DNA of 64,000 nucleotides, taken from NCBI GenBank assembly GCA_963826115.1, contig CAWGVS010000006.1, positions 256,001 to 320,000 of the forward strand, read 5' to 3'. The notes beneath the pieces are model-generated. The model did not search any database. It was not told where the DNA came from and worked only from the letters and a program-made list of their open reading frames with translations. Shown here in pieces: positions 44,346 to 54,234 of this stretch. This DNA comes from an uncultured Candidatus Rokubacteria bacterium. GTDB lineage: Bacteria > Methylomirabilota > Methylomirabilia > Rokubacteriales > DASRDR01. The first letter of the stretch is position 1, and every line of letters starts with the position of its first letter. The position numbers and the translations under genes are program-made.

Positions 44346-45266
44346 ATGACGACGCCGAACCGCTACCTATATCTAGACGGGAAGCTCGTGCCCTACGCCG
44401 ATGCCCGGATCCACGTGCAGTCGACGGCAGTGAAGTACGGTGGGTCGGTCTTCGAGGGTCTCCGGGCCTACTGGAACCCGGCGCACGAGGAGCTGTACGT
44501 GTTCCGGCTGAAGGAGCACGTCGATCGTCTGCTCGGCTCGATGCGGCTCATGCGCATGAAGCACTCGCTGACGCGCGAGGAGATCGAGCGGTCGATCCTC
44601 GACGTCCTCCGCAAGAACGAGGCGCGGGAGGACGTGCACATCCGGCAGACCGCCTACCTCGCCGGCGACGGCGACATGGACGACACGGGCCCGGTGGGGC
44701 TCTCGGTCGACGCACGGCCCCGGAAGGCGACGCAGAAGCCGGGCATCACGGTCGGTGTCTCGTCGTGGACGCGGATCGCCGACGGCTCGATGCCGCCGCG
44801 CATCAAGTGCTCCGCGAACTACCAGAATGGGCGGCTGGCCGTGCTCGAGGCGAAGGCCAACGGCTACGACGGCGCGCTCCTCCTGAACACGCGCGGAAAG
44901 CTCGCCGAGGCGCCCGGGGCCTGCTGCTTTCTCCTGCGGGGCGGCGTGCCGATCACCCCGCCCGTCACGGCCGACATCCTGGAGTCGGTGACGCGAACGA
45001 CGCTCCTCGAGCTCCTGCGCACGGAGCTCGGCCAGACCCCGGTCGAGCGGGACGTCGACCGGACGGAGCTCTACCTCGCCGACGAGGTCTTCCTCTGCGG
45101 CAGCGGCTGGGAGATCACCCCGGTGGTGTCGATCGACCGGATGCCGCTCGGGGACGGGACCCAGCCGGGCCCGGTGACGCGGGCGATCCAGGCCTGCTAC
45201 TTCGCGGTGGTCCGGGGCGAGAAGCCCGCGTACCGGCACTGGCTGACACCGGTCTACGGCCGGTGA
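44346..45266 (+). CDS. ilvE: Branched-chain amino acid aminotransferase (class IV)
   Basis: YGGSVFEG, FRLKEH..RL, KCSANY, ILESVTR. Confidence 0.85.
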   Translation: MTTPNRYLYLDGKLVPYADARIHVQSTAVKYGGSVFEGLRAYWNPAHEELYVFRLKEHVDRLLGSMRLMRMKHSLTREEIERSILDVLRKNEAREDVHIRQTAYLAGDGDMDDTGPVGLSVDARPRKATQKPGITVGVSSWTRIADGSMPPRIKCSANYQNGRLAVLEAKANGYDGALLLNTRGKLAEAPGACCFLLRGGVPITPPVTADILESVTRTTLLELLRTELGQTPVERDVDRTELYLADEVFLCGSGWEITPVVSIDRMPLGDGTQPGPVTRAIQACYFAVVRGEKPAYRHWLTPVYGR

Positions 45267-45438
45267 CGCGTGCCGGGACGCGGCCCGTGGTGACCTCGGC
45301 CTGACGGCTCGCGGCCGGCCGCGCCCGTCGTGACGCCGCCGCCCGACGGGATGCGCCTGCTCCCAACGGGTGGCTAACCGCACCGGGCCCGGCGGGGGCT
45401 CGCCTTGTCGGGCGCGAGGCCGAGGGCTAAGATCGGGC

Positions 45439-48400
45439 GTGTCCTCCCCTCGCTCGCCGGAGCCGATCGCTGCCGCCCCTGAAGGGCAGGATCTCGCCGC
45501 GCAGCGCATCCTCGACGGCCTCAATCCCGCTCAGGTCGAGGCGGTCACCCACGATCAGGGGCCGCTCCTCATCGTGGCGGGGGCCGGCACGGGCAAGACG
45601 ACCGTCCTCACGCGCCGCATCGCCCATCTGATCGCCACGCGCCGGGCGCGCCCGGAGGAGATCCTCGCCCTCACGTTCACCGACAAGGCGGCGCTCGAGA
45701 TGGAGGAGCGCGTCGACGTCCTCGTCCCCTACGGGTATGCGGACGTGCGCATCGCGACGTTCCACGCCTTCGGGGACTGGCTCCTCCGCGAGCACGCGCT
45801 CGAGCTCGGCATGACCCCGGCGTTCCGGGTGCTCAATCGCGCCGAGCAGGTTCTGTTCCTCCGCACGCACCTGTTCGAGCTGCCCCTCGACCACTTCCGG
45901 CCGCTCGGCAATCCGACCCGCCATCTCCAGGCCCTCGCGGGGCTGTTCGGGCGGGCCAAGGACGAGGACGTCACGCCCGAGGCCTACCTGGCCCACGCGG
46001 AAGCGCTGGCGGCGGAATCCCGGGCCCAACCGGACGACGCCGAGCGCCGGGACCTCGCGGCCCGCACGCTCGAGCTGGCGCGGACCTACGCGGCGTACCG
46101 GGATCTCATGACCCGTGAGGGCTTCGTCGACTTCGGCGATCAGATCTTCCTGGCGCTCCGGCTGTTCCGGGAGCGGCCGTACGTCCTGGCGCACTACCAG
46201 CGGCGGTTCCGCTACGTCCTGGTCGACGAGTTCCAGGACACGAACCACGCCCAGTTCGAGATGGTGAAGCTCCTGGCGGCCCGGCACCGGAACATCACCG
46301 TCGTCGGCGACGACGACCAGGCGATCTTCCGGTTCCGCGGCGCGTCCATGAGCAACATCCTGGGCTTCGAGGCGGCCTACCGGGATGCCCGGAGCGTCGT
46401 GCTAACCCGGAACTACCGCTCGGGCCAGTGTCTTCTGAACGCCGCCTACCGGCTCATCCAGCACAACTCCGACCGGCTCGAGAACAAGCGGCGCCCCTCC
46501 GAGGCGGAGCAATTCAACAAGCGACTGGTGGCGGAGGGCGGCCCTGGCGTGGAACCAGACTTCCACTCCTACGAGACCGTCACCCAAGAGGCGGACGCGG
46601 TCGCCCGGACGATCGAGGAGGCCGTGCAGAGCGGGCGGCGGGCCTACCGGGACTTCGCCGTCCTGGTCCGCGCCAACGCCGACGCCGACCCGTTCCTCCG
46701 CTCGCTGAACCTGCGCGGGATCCCGTGGACGTTCTCGGGGAACCAGGGGCTCTACGGGCGCCGGGAGGTGCGGTTCTGCATCGCGTTCCTCCGGGTTCTC
46801 GCGCGGCCGGACGACTCGGTGAGCCTCTACGAGCTGGCCTCGCAGCTGTTCTCGGTGCCGGCGATGGACCTCGCGCGCTGCGGCGCCCACGCCGACCGAC
46901 GCAGCCGATGGTTGTTCGACGTTCTCCGCGGGCTCGACGAGACGCCGGACCTCCGCGCGGCGCTGTCGGTGGAGGGCGCGGCGGCGATCGCGCGCATGGT
47001 GAAGGAGCTGGAGCGATACTTCGGGCTGGCCGCCGAGCTCGGGACGGGGGAGCTCCTCTACCAGTTCCTCGCCGACAGCGGCTGGCTCGGGCGGATGTCC
47101 CGGGCGAGCACGGCCCGCGAGGAGGCCGAGGTCCAGAACGTTGCCCGGTTCTTTCGCCGGATCCAGGACGCGACGCCGATCCTGCCCCGGGACCACGTCC
47201 GCGAGTTCGTGGGGCACCTCGACGCGCTGATCGACGCCGGCGAGGACCCGGCGGTGGCGGAGGCGGACATCGACACGCCGGCGGTGCGGGTCCTGACGGT
47301 CCACAAGGCCAAGGGGCTCGAGTTCCCGATTGTGTTCGTCGTCGGCCTCGTCCAGGGTCGCTTCCCCTGGCCGAGCCGCGGCGACGTTCTCGAGCTGCCG
47401 GACGCGCTCCTCCGGGACCGCCCGTCGTCGGATGACTTCCGGCTCCAGGAGGAGCGGCGGCTCTTCTACGTCGCGATGACGCGCGCGAAGGAGATGCTCC
47501 ACCTCACATCGGCGCGTGACTACGGCGGCCGCCGCGTACGGAAGGTGAGCCAATTCGTGCGGGAGGCGCTCGATCTCCCCGTGGACGCGGTGGTCCCCCT
47601 GAAGATGACACCGCTCGAGAGCCTGAAAGGGTTCGCGCCGCCTGTCGAGGTTGGCGGTGAGGTCGAGACGCCCCTCGGACCCGACGTGGTGCTCGACCTG
47701 AGCCACCGTCAGGTCGACGACTACGAGACCTGCCCGCTGAAGTACCGCTACGTGCACGTCCTGCGCGTGCCGATCCGTCGTCACCACAGCGTGGTCTACG
47801 GCGAGACGCTCCACCGCGTGGTGGAGCACTACTTGCGCCGGCGGGTCGCCCGCCTCTACACGCCGCTCGAGGACCTGCTCGCGACCTACGACCGCGAGTG
47901 GCGGAACGAGGGCTTCCTCACGTGGGCCCACGAGGCGGCGCGCCGCGACGCCGGGCGCGAGGCGATCCGGCGCTTCTGGCACGAAGAGGAAGCCGCGGGC
48001 ACGCGGCCCGCATCCGTCGAGCGCGAGTTCGGCGTGAGCCTGTCCTTTCCGTCGGGGCCCGTGCGGGTCCGCGGGCGATGGGACCGTGTCGACGGCTCGG
48101 ACGCCGAGGCCGTTATCGTCGACTACAAGTCGTCCGATGTCCGAGACCCCGAGCGCGCGGCGGAGCGGGCATCGGAGAGCCTCCAGCTCCAGATCTACGC
48201 GCTGGCGTGGCGGGAGATGCATCGTCGCCACCGCCCGGATGGCTCCCCGGACGAAGAGGACCGGCCTCCGCTCCCCGCGCGGGTCGAGCTGCGGTTCCTC
48301 GAGTCCGGTGTCGTGGGCGGACATGTCCCGACGGACGAGGACGCCGAGACCGCCCTGGCGGCGGTGCGCGCGGCCGCCGAGGGGATCCGCGCCCGGCGCT

Positions 48401-48483
48401 TCGCGGCGACGCCGTCGTACCGGGCCTGCCGGTACTGCGCCTACAACCAGATCTGTCCGGACACGGCCAGCCGGGACGTCTGA
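45439..48483 (+). CDS. UvrD/PcrA-like SF1 helicase fused to a C-terminal PD-(D/E)xK nuclease with an Fe-S Cys staple
   Basis: AGAGTGKT, DEFQDTN, GDDDQ, TVHKAKGLEF, EERRLFYVAMTRA; CPLKY...RWDR..IVDYK...CRYC.....C; TTGTCG-N17-TAAGAT upstream of the GTG. Confidence 0.9.
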   Translation: MSSPRSPEPIAAAPEGQDLAAQRILDGLNPAQVEAVTHDQGPLLIVAGAGTGKTTVLTRRIAHLIATRRARPEEILALTFTDKAALEMEERVDVLVPYGYADVRIATFHAFGDWLLREHALELGMTPAFRVLNRAEQVLFLRTHLFELPLDHFRPLGNPTRHLQALAGLFGRAKDEDVTPEAYLAHAEALAAESRAQPDDAERRDLAARTLELARTYAAYRDLMTREGFVDFGDQIFLALRLFRERPYVLAHYQRRFRYVLVDEFQDTNHAQFEMVKLLAARHRNITVVGDDDQAIFRFRGASMSNILGFEAAYRDARSVVLTRNYRSGQCLLNAAYRLIQHNSDRLENKRRPSEAEQFNKRLVAEGGPGVEPDFHSYETVTQEADAVARTIEEAVQSGRRAYRDFAVLVRANADADPFLRSLNLRGIPWTFSGNQGLYGRREVRFCIAFLRVLARPDDSVSLYELASQLFSVPAMDLARCGAHADRRSRWLFDVLRGLDETPDLRAALSVEGAAAIARMVKELERYFGLAAELGTGELLYQFLADSGWLGRMSRASTAREEAEVQNVARFFRRIQDATPILPRDHVREFVGHLDALIDAGEDPAVAEADIDTPAVRVLTVHKAKGLEFPIVFVVGLVQGRFPWPSRGDVLELPDALLRDRPSSDDFRLQEERRLFYVAMTRAKEMLHLTSARDYGGRRVRKVSQFVREALDLPVDAVVPLKMTPLESLKGFAPPVEVGGEVETPLGPDVVLDLSHRQVDDYETCPLKYRYVHVLRVPIRRHHSVVYGETLHRVVEHYLRRRVARLYTPLEDLLATYDREWRNEGFLTWAHEAARRDAGREAIRRFWHEEEAAGTRPASVEREFGVSLSFPSGPVRVRGRWDRVDGSDAEAVIVDYKSSDVRDPERAAERASESLQLQIYALAWREMHRRHRPDGSPDEEDRPPLPARVELRFLESGVVGGHVPTDEDAETALAAVRAAAEGIRARRFAATPSYRACRYCAYNQICPDTASRDV

Positions 48484-48503
48484 GCCACGCGGGGGGGCGG
48501 GGG

Positions 48504-49415
48504 ATGAAGCGGGCGGGCAAGTCGAGACCCACCGGGCGGCGGTCGGCGCGCGCCCGATCGGGCCGGCGCGCGCGGGTCAAGCCGCTCCGCCTGCGCACCT
48601 ACCTGACGCCGAGCGTCCCCCGGCCCCTGTTCGCCTATCTCGCGGATTATCTCGGCGAGCGGCTGGGGATGCCGACCGAGCTCCAGATCGAGACGCACCA
48701 CTCCGGGCCGCCGCGCGGCCAGCTCGACCCTTTCACCGAGGGCACGCTCGACATCGGCTTCTTCTGCGCCCCTCCGTACATCTGGCTGCTGGAGCGTCCC
48801 ACGCCGCCGGTGGAGCTGCTTCCGTTCGGGCTCGTGTTCGAGGATCCCCGCGGGGCCGGGCGGCCCGTGTACTTCTCGGATATCGTCGTGCGAAAGGACC
48901 ATCCCGCGCGCTCGTTTGCGGACCTCGTGAACGCGCGCTGGGGCTACAACGACCGCGAGTCCCTGAGCGGCTACTACTCGGTGGTCCAGACGGCGGCCGA
49001 GCACGGCGCCGACGCCACGTTCCTCGGGCGCCTCCGCGACATGGGGAGCCACCTGGCCTCGCTCCGCGCCCTTCGCCGGGGCGCCATCGACGCGGCGGCG
49101 ATCGACTCCACGGTGCTCGCCCTCCGCAGGCGACGCGATCCCGGGCTGCGCGCCGACCTCCGTGTGGTCCACGGCCTGGGGCCCTGGCCCATACAGCCCA
49201 TCGTGATGCGCCGGAGCCTGCCGGCCCGACTCAAGACCCGGCTGACCGCCGCGATCGGCGCGCTCGGGGAGACGGCCGAGCGGCGGCGCGCGCTCCGCCG
49301 CTGGCTCGTCTCCGGGGTGGCGCCGATGACCGACGCCGACTTCGACGTCGAGCGCGCGGCGCTCGCGCGCGCCCAGGCCCTCGAACGCGCGCTCGGAGCG
49401 CCGTCGCCCCGCTAG
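48504..49415 (+). CDS. PhnD/SsuA-type substrate-binding-fold protein
   Basis: PVYFSDIVV, YNDRESLSG, GSHLASL, DAAAIDS. Confidence 0.75.
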   Translation: MKRAGKSRPTGRRSARARSGRRARVKPLRLRTYLTPSVPRPLFAYLADYLGERLGMPTELQIETHHSGPPRGQLDPFTEGTLDIGFFCAPPYIWLLERPTPPVELLPFGLVFEDPRGAGRPVYFSDIVVRKDHPARSFADLVNARWGYNDRESLSGYYSVVQTAAEHGADATFLGRLRDMGSHLASLRALRRGAIDAAAIDSTVLALRRRRDPGLRADLRVVHGLGPWPIQPIVMRRSLPARLKTRLTAAIGALGETAERRRALRRWLVSGVAPMTDADFDVERAALARAQALERALGAPSPR

Positions 49416-49858
49416 CCCGCGAGCGGGGCCGAGCGGTGGAGCCGCATCGGCCGGAGCGTGCGCAGCTTGTCTCGCTGCTCCGGAGTGAGCACGCGCGCGA
49501 CCTCCTGGAGGGTGCGCGCCCGCGCCTCGAGGACCTGGCCGGACAGGTCCCGGACCTCGGCGGCCTTCGTGGCGAAGGTGGCCTCGTCCGTGTCGGCCAG
49601 GACCAGCTCGCGCAGCGCGCGCCGCGCCTCGCGGAGGGCACGCACCGTCTCGCGCATCGACTGCCAGTTGCGGGCGCGGATCTCCTTGATCGACTTGACC
49701 TGATCCTCGGTCAAGCCGAGCTCCTCGCGGAGCGCCGAGCGCTCGATCGGCGTCACCCGGCGCGCGACCTGGGCCTCGGCCGGCATCGTCCCGCTGACCA
49801 GGATGACCAGACCGCTCAGGACTCCCGCGACCGGCCACTTCGTGGAGAGCTTCGCCAT
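49412..49858 (-). CDS. Spy/CpxP family periplasmic protein
   Basis: Signal peptide; LGLTEDQ...VLTPEQR (LTxxQ motifs). Confidence 0.8.
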   Translation of the reverse strand: MAKLSTKWPVAGVLSGLVILVSGTMPAEAQVARRVTPIERSALREELGLTEDQVKSIKEIRARNWQSMRETVRALREARRALRELVLADTDEATFATKAAEVRDLSGQVLEARARTLQEVARVLTPEQRDKLRTLRPMRLHRSAPLAG

Positions 49859-49915
49859 GATCTCATCCTCCCCGAGCGGGGCTGGCCCGCTCCGTCCGTT
49901 GGCATCGTTGCCGGG

Positions 49916-49944
49916 TTGGACGGAGGGCGACGGCCCGGCGTTCA
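49916..49944 (-). promoter_or_regulatory. Possible ECF-sigma promoter upstream of the Spy/CpxP gene
   Basis: TGAAC-N17-CGTCCAA on the minus strand. Confidence 0.35.
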
Positions 49945-49971
49945 ACCCCCCGGGGGGCTGCGGAACCTTCC

Positions 49972-50652
49972 TTACGGGGGCAGGGAGGCCCCGGCCGGGA
50001 CCCACGCGGGGGGCTCCCCGCGGCGGAACACCTTGACCCGGGCCGTCCCGCGGACCCGGCGGACCCCGTCCTCGACCCTGACCATCGCGCCCTCCTCGAT
50101 CCCGACGACCGGGTTGTCCCGGACCACGTGATACTCCGCGATCCGCTGGTCTCGGGTCTCGCTGCCGGGCGCCATCGCGGGGTCCGTCTCGAGGTAGTGC
50201 GGATTCACGTTGAACGGGACCAGACCGAGCGCCTCGAAGGCCGTCAGCCCCACCACGTTCCAGTCGTTCGTCGTGAGGATGTTGGGTCCGGCGACGTTCG
50301 AGCCCGCGCTCGTGCCCATGTACGGGAGCCCCGCGCGGACGCGCTCCCGGATCGGGTCGAGGAGGCCGGCCTGGCGCAGGCGCCGGAGGAGCGCGTACGT
50401 GTTCCCGCCGCCGACGAAGAGCGCCTCGATGCGGGCGAGCGCCGGGAAGGGGTCGTGGTCCCACCGCACGTGCTCGACGACGAGGTCCGGCGCGAGCGCG
50501 TCGCGGGCGGTCTCGTAGTAGGCCTGCTCGTCGCCGAGCGACGCCGCCGTGACGAACCCCAGGCGCCGCACCGCGCCCAGAAAGTCGAGGACCTCTGCCC
50601 GCGCGTGGGCGAGATAAGGCCGGCCCGTGTTGCTCAGCAGCAAGACACGCAC
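49972..50652 (-). CDS. pepE: Dipeptidase E (peptidase S51)
   Basis: LLLSN, VGGGNT, GTSAG, TTND, NPHY, ETRDQRIAE. Confidence 0.9.
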   Translation of the reverse strand: MRVLLLSNTGRPYLAHARAEVLDFLGAVRRLGFVTAASLGDEQAYYETARDALAPDLVVEHVRWDHDPFPALARIEALFVGGGNTYALLRRLRQAGLLDPIRERVRAGLPYMGTSAGSNVAGPNILTTNDWNVVGLTAFEALGLVPFNVNPHYLETDPAMAPGSETRDQRIAEYHVVRDNPVVGIEEGAMVRVEDGVRRVRGTARVKVFRRGEPPAWVPAGASLPP

Positions 50653-50789
50653 GCGCGCGAGCGTAGCATGGGAGCGCATCCTGCGATCCCGCGCCTTGAC
50701 GCGCTCGCGGGGCGTCGGTAGGGTGACCCGCGTTCTCGCGGTACCGGCCACGCACGACGGCGCCGCCCGAGCGCGGCGAGGAGGGCACG

Positions 50790-51203
50790 ATGGCGGTGAA
50801 CATCCGGCGGGTTCAGTACTTCTACGTGATGGCAGCCGATACGCCTGGCGAGGGCGCCCGGGCCCTCCGCGCGCTGAAGGAGGCAGGGGTCAACCTGCTG
50901 GCCTTCTCCGGCTTCCCGGCGGGCAAGCGCGCCCAGCTCGACTTCGTCCCGGAGGATCCCGCGGCCTTCCGGGCGGTCGCGCGGAAAGCCAAGTGGAAGG
51001 TGACCGGCCCCAAGATGGGCTTCCTGATCGAGGGCGACGACCGGACTGGCGTGATGGCGGACATCTACGACCAGCTGGCCGCCGCCCGGATCAACATCAC
51101 GGCCAGCGACGCCGTGTGCGCCGGCGCGGGCCGCTTCGGGGCCATCCTGTGGGTCAAGGCGCGCGACGTCAGCCGGACGGCCAAGGCGCTGGGCGCCTCC
51201 TGA
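50790..51203 (+). CDS. ACT-domain-like protein
   Basis: DTPGEGARAL..L..AGVNL; DRTGVMA...INI; TTGACG-N17-TAGGGT upstream. Confidence 0.7.
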   Translation: MAVNIRRVQYFYVMAADTPGEGARALRALKEAGVNLLAFSGFPAGKRAQLDFVPEDPAAFRAVARKAKWKVTGPKMGFLIEGDDRTGVMADIYDQLAAARINITASDAVCAGAGRFGAILWVKARDVSRTAKALGAS

Positions 51204-51290
51204 CTGTCAACCATGTGACGCTTGCCAGCTCGGGGGTCGAATAGGCCCCCGGGGGGTGGCGTCGAAGTGGGCAACAGGAGGAGGACGACG

Positions 51291-51644
51291 ATGAAGCGCG
51301 CGAACAAGGTCATCGCAGCGGTGCTGATCGCAGGGGTCCTGGGGATGTTCCTGGTCCTGCCGCCGGCGGCCGAGGCGGGAGGCCGCCACTGGAACCACGG
51401 CCACTATCACCACTCCGGGGTGAACCCCTTCTGGGGCGGCCTCGCGGTGGGCGCGGTGACCGGGCTCGTCGTGGGGAGCGTCATTGCGGCGCCGCGCGTC
51501 TACGCCGCGCCTCCGCCCGTGGTCTACCAGCCGGCGCCCGTGGTGGTGATGCAGCCGGTGCCGGTGTGCTCGAACTACTGGGTGAACACCTACTGGAACG
51601 GTTACCAGTGGGTGCCGGGGTACTGGGCGCAGGCCTGCCGGTAG
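51291..51644 (+). CDS. Secreted Gly/Pro/Trp-rich hypothetical protein
   Basis: AGGAGGAGG SD; signal peptide; glycine zipper; YW/WVPGYW repeats. Confidence 0.7.
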   Translation: MKRANKVIAAVLIAGVLGMFLVLPPAAEAGGRHWNHGHYHHSGVNPFWGGLAVGAVTGLVVGSVIAAPRVYAAPPPVVYQPAPVVVMQPVPVCSNYWVNTYWNGYQWVPGYWAQACR

Positions 51645-51666
51645 CACGTCTCGACCGCGCTTCCAC

Positions 51667-51706
51667 GCCGGGCCCGGGCGACGACCCCCGGGCCCGGTGT
51701 CTTTTT
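51667..51706 (+). terminator. Intrinsic terminator
   Basis: GCCGGGCCCGGG-N8-CCCGGGCCCGGT followed by GTCTTTTT. Confidence 0.7.
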
Positions 51707-51741
51707 GCGGGACGGCGGGCCCGCGCTCCCGGTAGGCTGAT

Positions 51742-52776
51742 TTGGTGACCCCGATGCTCCCCGGTCGCCTCGCCCTGGCCGCGTCGCCCACGCCCATCCA
51801 GCCACTGCCGCGCCTGAGCGACGCGCTCGGGCTCGAGCTCTCCGTCAAGCGGGACGACCTCACCGGGTTCGCGGAGAGCGGGAACAAGATCCGGAAGCTC
51901 GAGTTCCTCGCGCACGACGCGCTCCAGCAGGGCGCGGACACGTTGATCACCGTCGGCGCGCTCCAGTCGAACTGCGCGCGGGCCACCGCCGTCGTCGCGG
52001 CGCGGCTCGGGCTCGGCTGCGTGCTGGGGCTCCGGGGCGCGGCGCCGGAGGCGCCGGACGGCAACCTGCTCCTGGCCGAGCTCTGCGGCGCGCGCCCGGT
52101 CTTCGTCGCGCCCGAGGCGGTCGACAGCCCCGACGCGCTCTTCGCACGGCTCTCCGACGACGTGCGCCGGGAGGGCGGCCGCCCGTACGTCATCCCGGAA
52201 TCGGGCTCGAACGACCTCGGGGCGTTCGGATACGCGGCGGCGGTCGAGGAGCTCCAGGCCCAGATCGCCGACGGCCGGCTGGCCCCGCCGGACGCGATCG
52301 TGGTCGCGGCCTGGAGCGGCGGCACCCTGGCGGGCCTCTACCTCGGCAAGGCGCTGTTCGGCCTCCGCGCGGAGATCTGGGGCGTGCCGGTCCAGTTCGA
52401 CGCCGAGACCATCCGGGCCTCCGTGTGGGCGACCGTGCGAAAGGCGGCCGCGCGCATCGGGGCGGAGGTCCACGTCGAGCGGACCGCGATCCGGCTCCTC
52501 GACGGCTACCAGGGCGACGGGCGCGCGGGGGTGCGGCCGGAGGAGCTCCAGGCGGTGGCCCGCGCGGCGCGCCACGGCCTCCTGCTGGATCCGGTATACA
52601 CGGCCAAGGCGTTCCTCGCGCTCGAGGACACGGCGCGCCGCGCGCCCGGCCTCCTCGGACGGCGCGTCCTCTTCGTTCACACCGGCGGCGGCTTCGGAGT
52701 CTTCCCGTTCCGGGCGGCGCTCGCGGAGCTCCTGGATTCGGCGGTGGCAGGCCGCCCGGAGGGACATGCGTCGTGA
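51742..52776 (+). CDS. D-cysteine desulfhydrase/ACC deaminase family PLP enzyme
   Basis: PTPI, KRDDLTG..SGNKIRKLE, QSNCAR, LDPVYTAK, HTGG. Confidence 0.88.
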   Translation: MVTPMLPGRLALAASPTPIQPLPRLSDALGLELSVKRDDLTGFAESGNKIRKLEFLAHDALQQGADTLITVGALQSNCARATAVVAARLGLGCVLGLRGAAPEAPDGNLLLAELCGARPVFVAPEAVDSPDALFARLSDDVRREGGRPYVIPESGSNDLGAFGYAAAVEELQAQIADGRLAPPDAIVVAAWSGGTLAGLYLGKALFGLRAEIWGVPVQFDAETIRASVWATVRKAAARIGAEVHVERTAIRLLDGYQGDGRAGVRPEELQAVARAARHGLLLDPVYTAKAFLALEDTARRAPGLLGRRVLFVHTGGGFGVFPFRAALAELLDSAVAGRPEGHAS

Positions 52777-53822
52777 CGGGTGAGCCACGGGTTCCGGCGG
52801 CCGAACTGCAGGAGTTCACGAAGGGCGTCTTCGTCGCCGCCGGGGTGCCGTCGGAGGACGCGGCCCTCGAAGCCGAGGTCCTCGTGTGGGCGAACCTCCG
52901 TGGCGTCGATTCCCACGGGGTGCTCCGCATCCCGTGGTACCTGGAGCTGATCGACCGGGGGGACATGAACCCGCGGCCGAACATCCGGGTCGAGCGCGAG
53001 ACGCCGGCGACGGTGCTGATCGACGGCGACCACGCGCTCGGTCCCGTGGTCACCACCATGGCGATGCGCCGCGCGATCGAGAAGGCCCGCGCCGTCGGCA
53101 TCGGCTGGGCGGTGATCCGGAACACGACGCACCAGGGCGCGATGGCGTACTACGCTCTCATGGCGGCGGAGGCCGGCATGGCCGGGCTCGCCATCGTCTG
53201 CAGCCCGCCGAACATGGCGCCGTTCGGCGCGCGGGTCGCCGGTCTCCACAACAGCCCGATCTCGATTGCGGTGCCCGCGGGCCGGCACCGCCCGCTCTGT
53301 CTCGACATGGCCACCAGCGTGGCCGCGGGCGGCAAGCTCAGCCTGGCGAAGGACAAGGGGATCCCGCTGCCGCCCGGGTGGGCGCTCGACGAGACCGGGG
53401 CGCCGACGACCGACGCGGACCGCGCGAAGATCCTGCTGCCGTTCGGCGGCTACAAGGGCTCGGGGCTCGCCATGATGTTCGAGACGCTCACGAGCCTCAT
53501 GGTCGGCAACCCGCTCGTGGGACCCTTTCTGTCCCGCGAGGCCGGCGCGAGCCGACACCGCCAGAACAGCGTGGTGGCGGCGATCGACATCGGCGCCTTC
53601 ACCGACCTCGCCGCCTACCGCACGGAGGTGGACCGGCTGATCGACGGGCTCCGGACGCTGCCGCGCGCGGACGGCTCGTCGGAGGTCCTGGTCCCGGGCG
53701 AGCCGGAAGACCGCACGACCGCCGAGCGGCGCCATCACGGGATCCCGCTCCCGCCGGGGACCGTCGAGAACCTCCGTGCCGCCGCCGCGCGCTTCCGGGT
53801 GCCGCTGCCCCCGGGCGTCTGA
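52773..53822 (+). CDS. Ldh_2 (AllD/ComC-type) oxidoreductase
   Basis: GVDSHG, DMATS, GYKGSGL, PGEPE. Confidence 0.88.
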   Translation: MTGEPRVPAAELQEFTKGVFVAAGVPSEDAALEAEVLVWANLRGVDSHGVLRIPWYLELIDRGDMNPRPNIRVERETPATVLIDGDHALGPVVTTMAMRRAIEKARAVGIGWAVIRNTTHQGAMAYYALMAAEAGMAGLAIVCSPPNMAPFGARVAGLHNSPISIAVPAGRHRPLCLDMATSVAAGGKLSLAKDKGIPLPPGWALDETGAPTTDADRAKILLPFGGYKGSGLAMMFETLTSLMVGNPLVGPFLSREAGASRHRQNSVVAAIDIGAFTDLAAYRTEVDRLIDGLRTLPRADGSSEVLVPGEPEDRTTAERRHHGIPLPPGTVENLRAAAARFRVPLPPGV

Positions 53823-53904
53823 GCCGCGCCGCGGGTTCGAGCCCGAGACGCGGGCGCCGGGGTCGGCTTGGCGCTCGTCGAGTCAAGGGGTACACTCCGG
53901 CCTC

Positions 53905-54228
53905 GTGGAACCGTTCGCCGAGATCTCGCCCTCCGAGCTGAAGCGCCGGGTCGACGCCGGCGAGCGCATCGCGATCCTGGACGTCCGCGAGCCGTGGGAG
54001 CGCGAGATCTGCTCGATCGCCGGGTCCACGCTGATCCCGATGGACGAGCTGCCCCGTCGGGTCGGCGAGCTCGACCGGGCGCGGGAGATCGTCGTCCACT
54101 GCCACCACGGCCAGCGCTCCGCCGCCGTCGTCGGGTGGCTTCGCCGCCAGGGCATCCCCGCCGTGAACCTCGGGGGCGGGATCGACGCCTGGTCCGTCGA
54201 GGTCGACCCGGCGGTGGGCCGCTACTAG
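53905..54228 (+). CDS. Rhodanese-domain protein
   Basis: LDVREPWE, CHHGQRS, NLGGGIDAW; TTGGCG-N17-TACACT upstream. Confidence 0.88.
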   Translation: MEPFAEISPSELKRRVDAGERIAILDVREPWEREICSIAGSTLIPMDELPRRVGELDRAREIVVHCHHGQRSAAVVGWLRRQGIPAVNLGGGIDAWSVEVDPAVGRY

Positions 54229-54234
54229 CCCCGC

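Noticed and set aside
47698-48483. Cas4-like nuclease taken as a sign of a CRISPR system
   Set aside because: It is the C-terminal domain of the UvrD-like helicase, and there is no cas1/cas2 or array.
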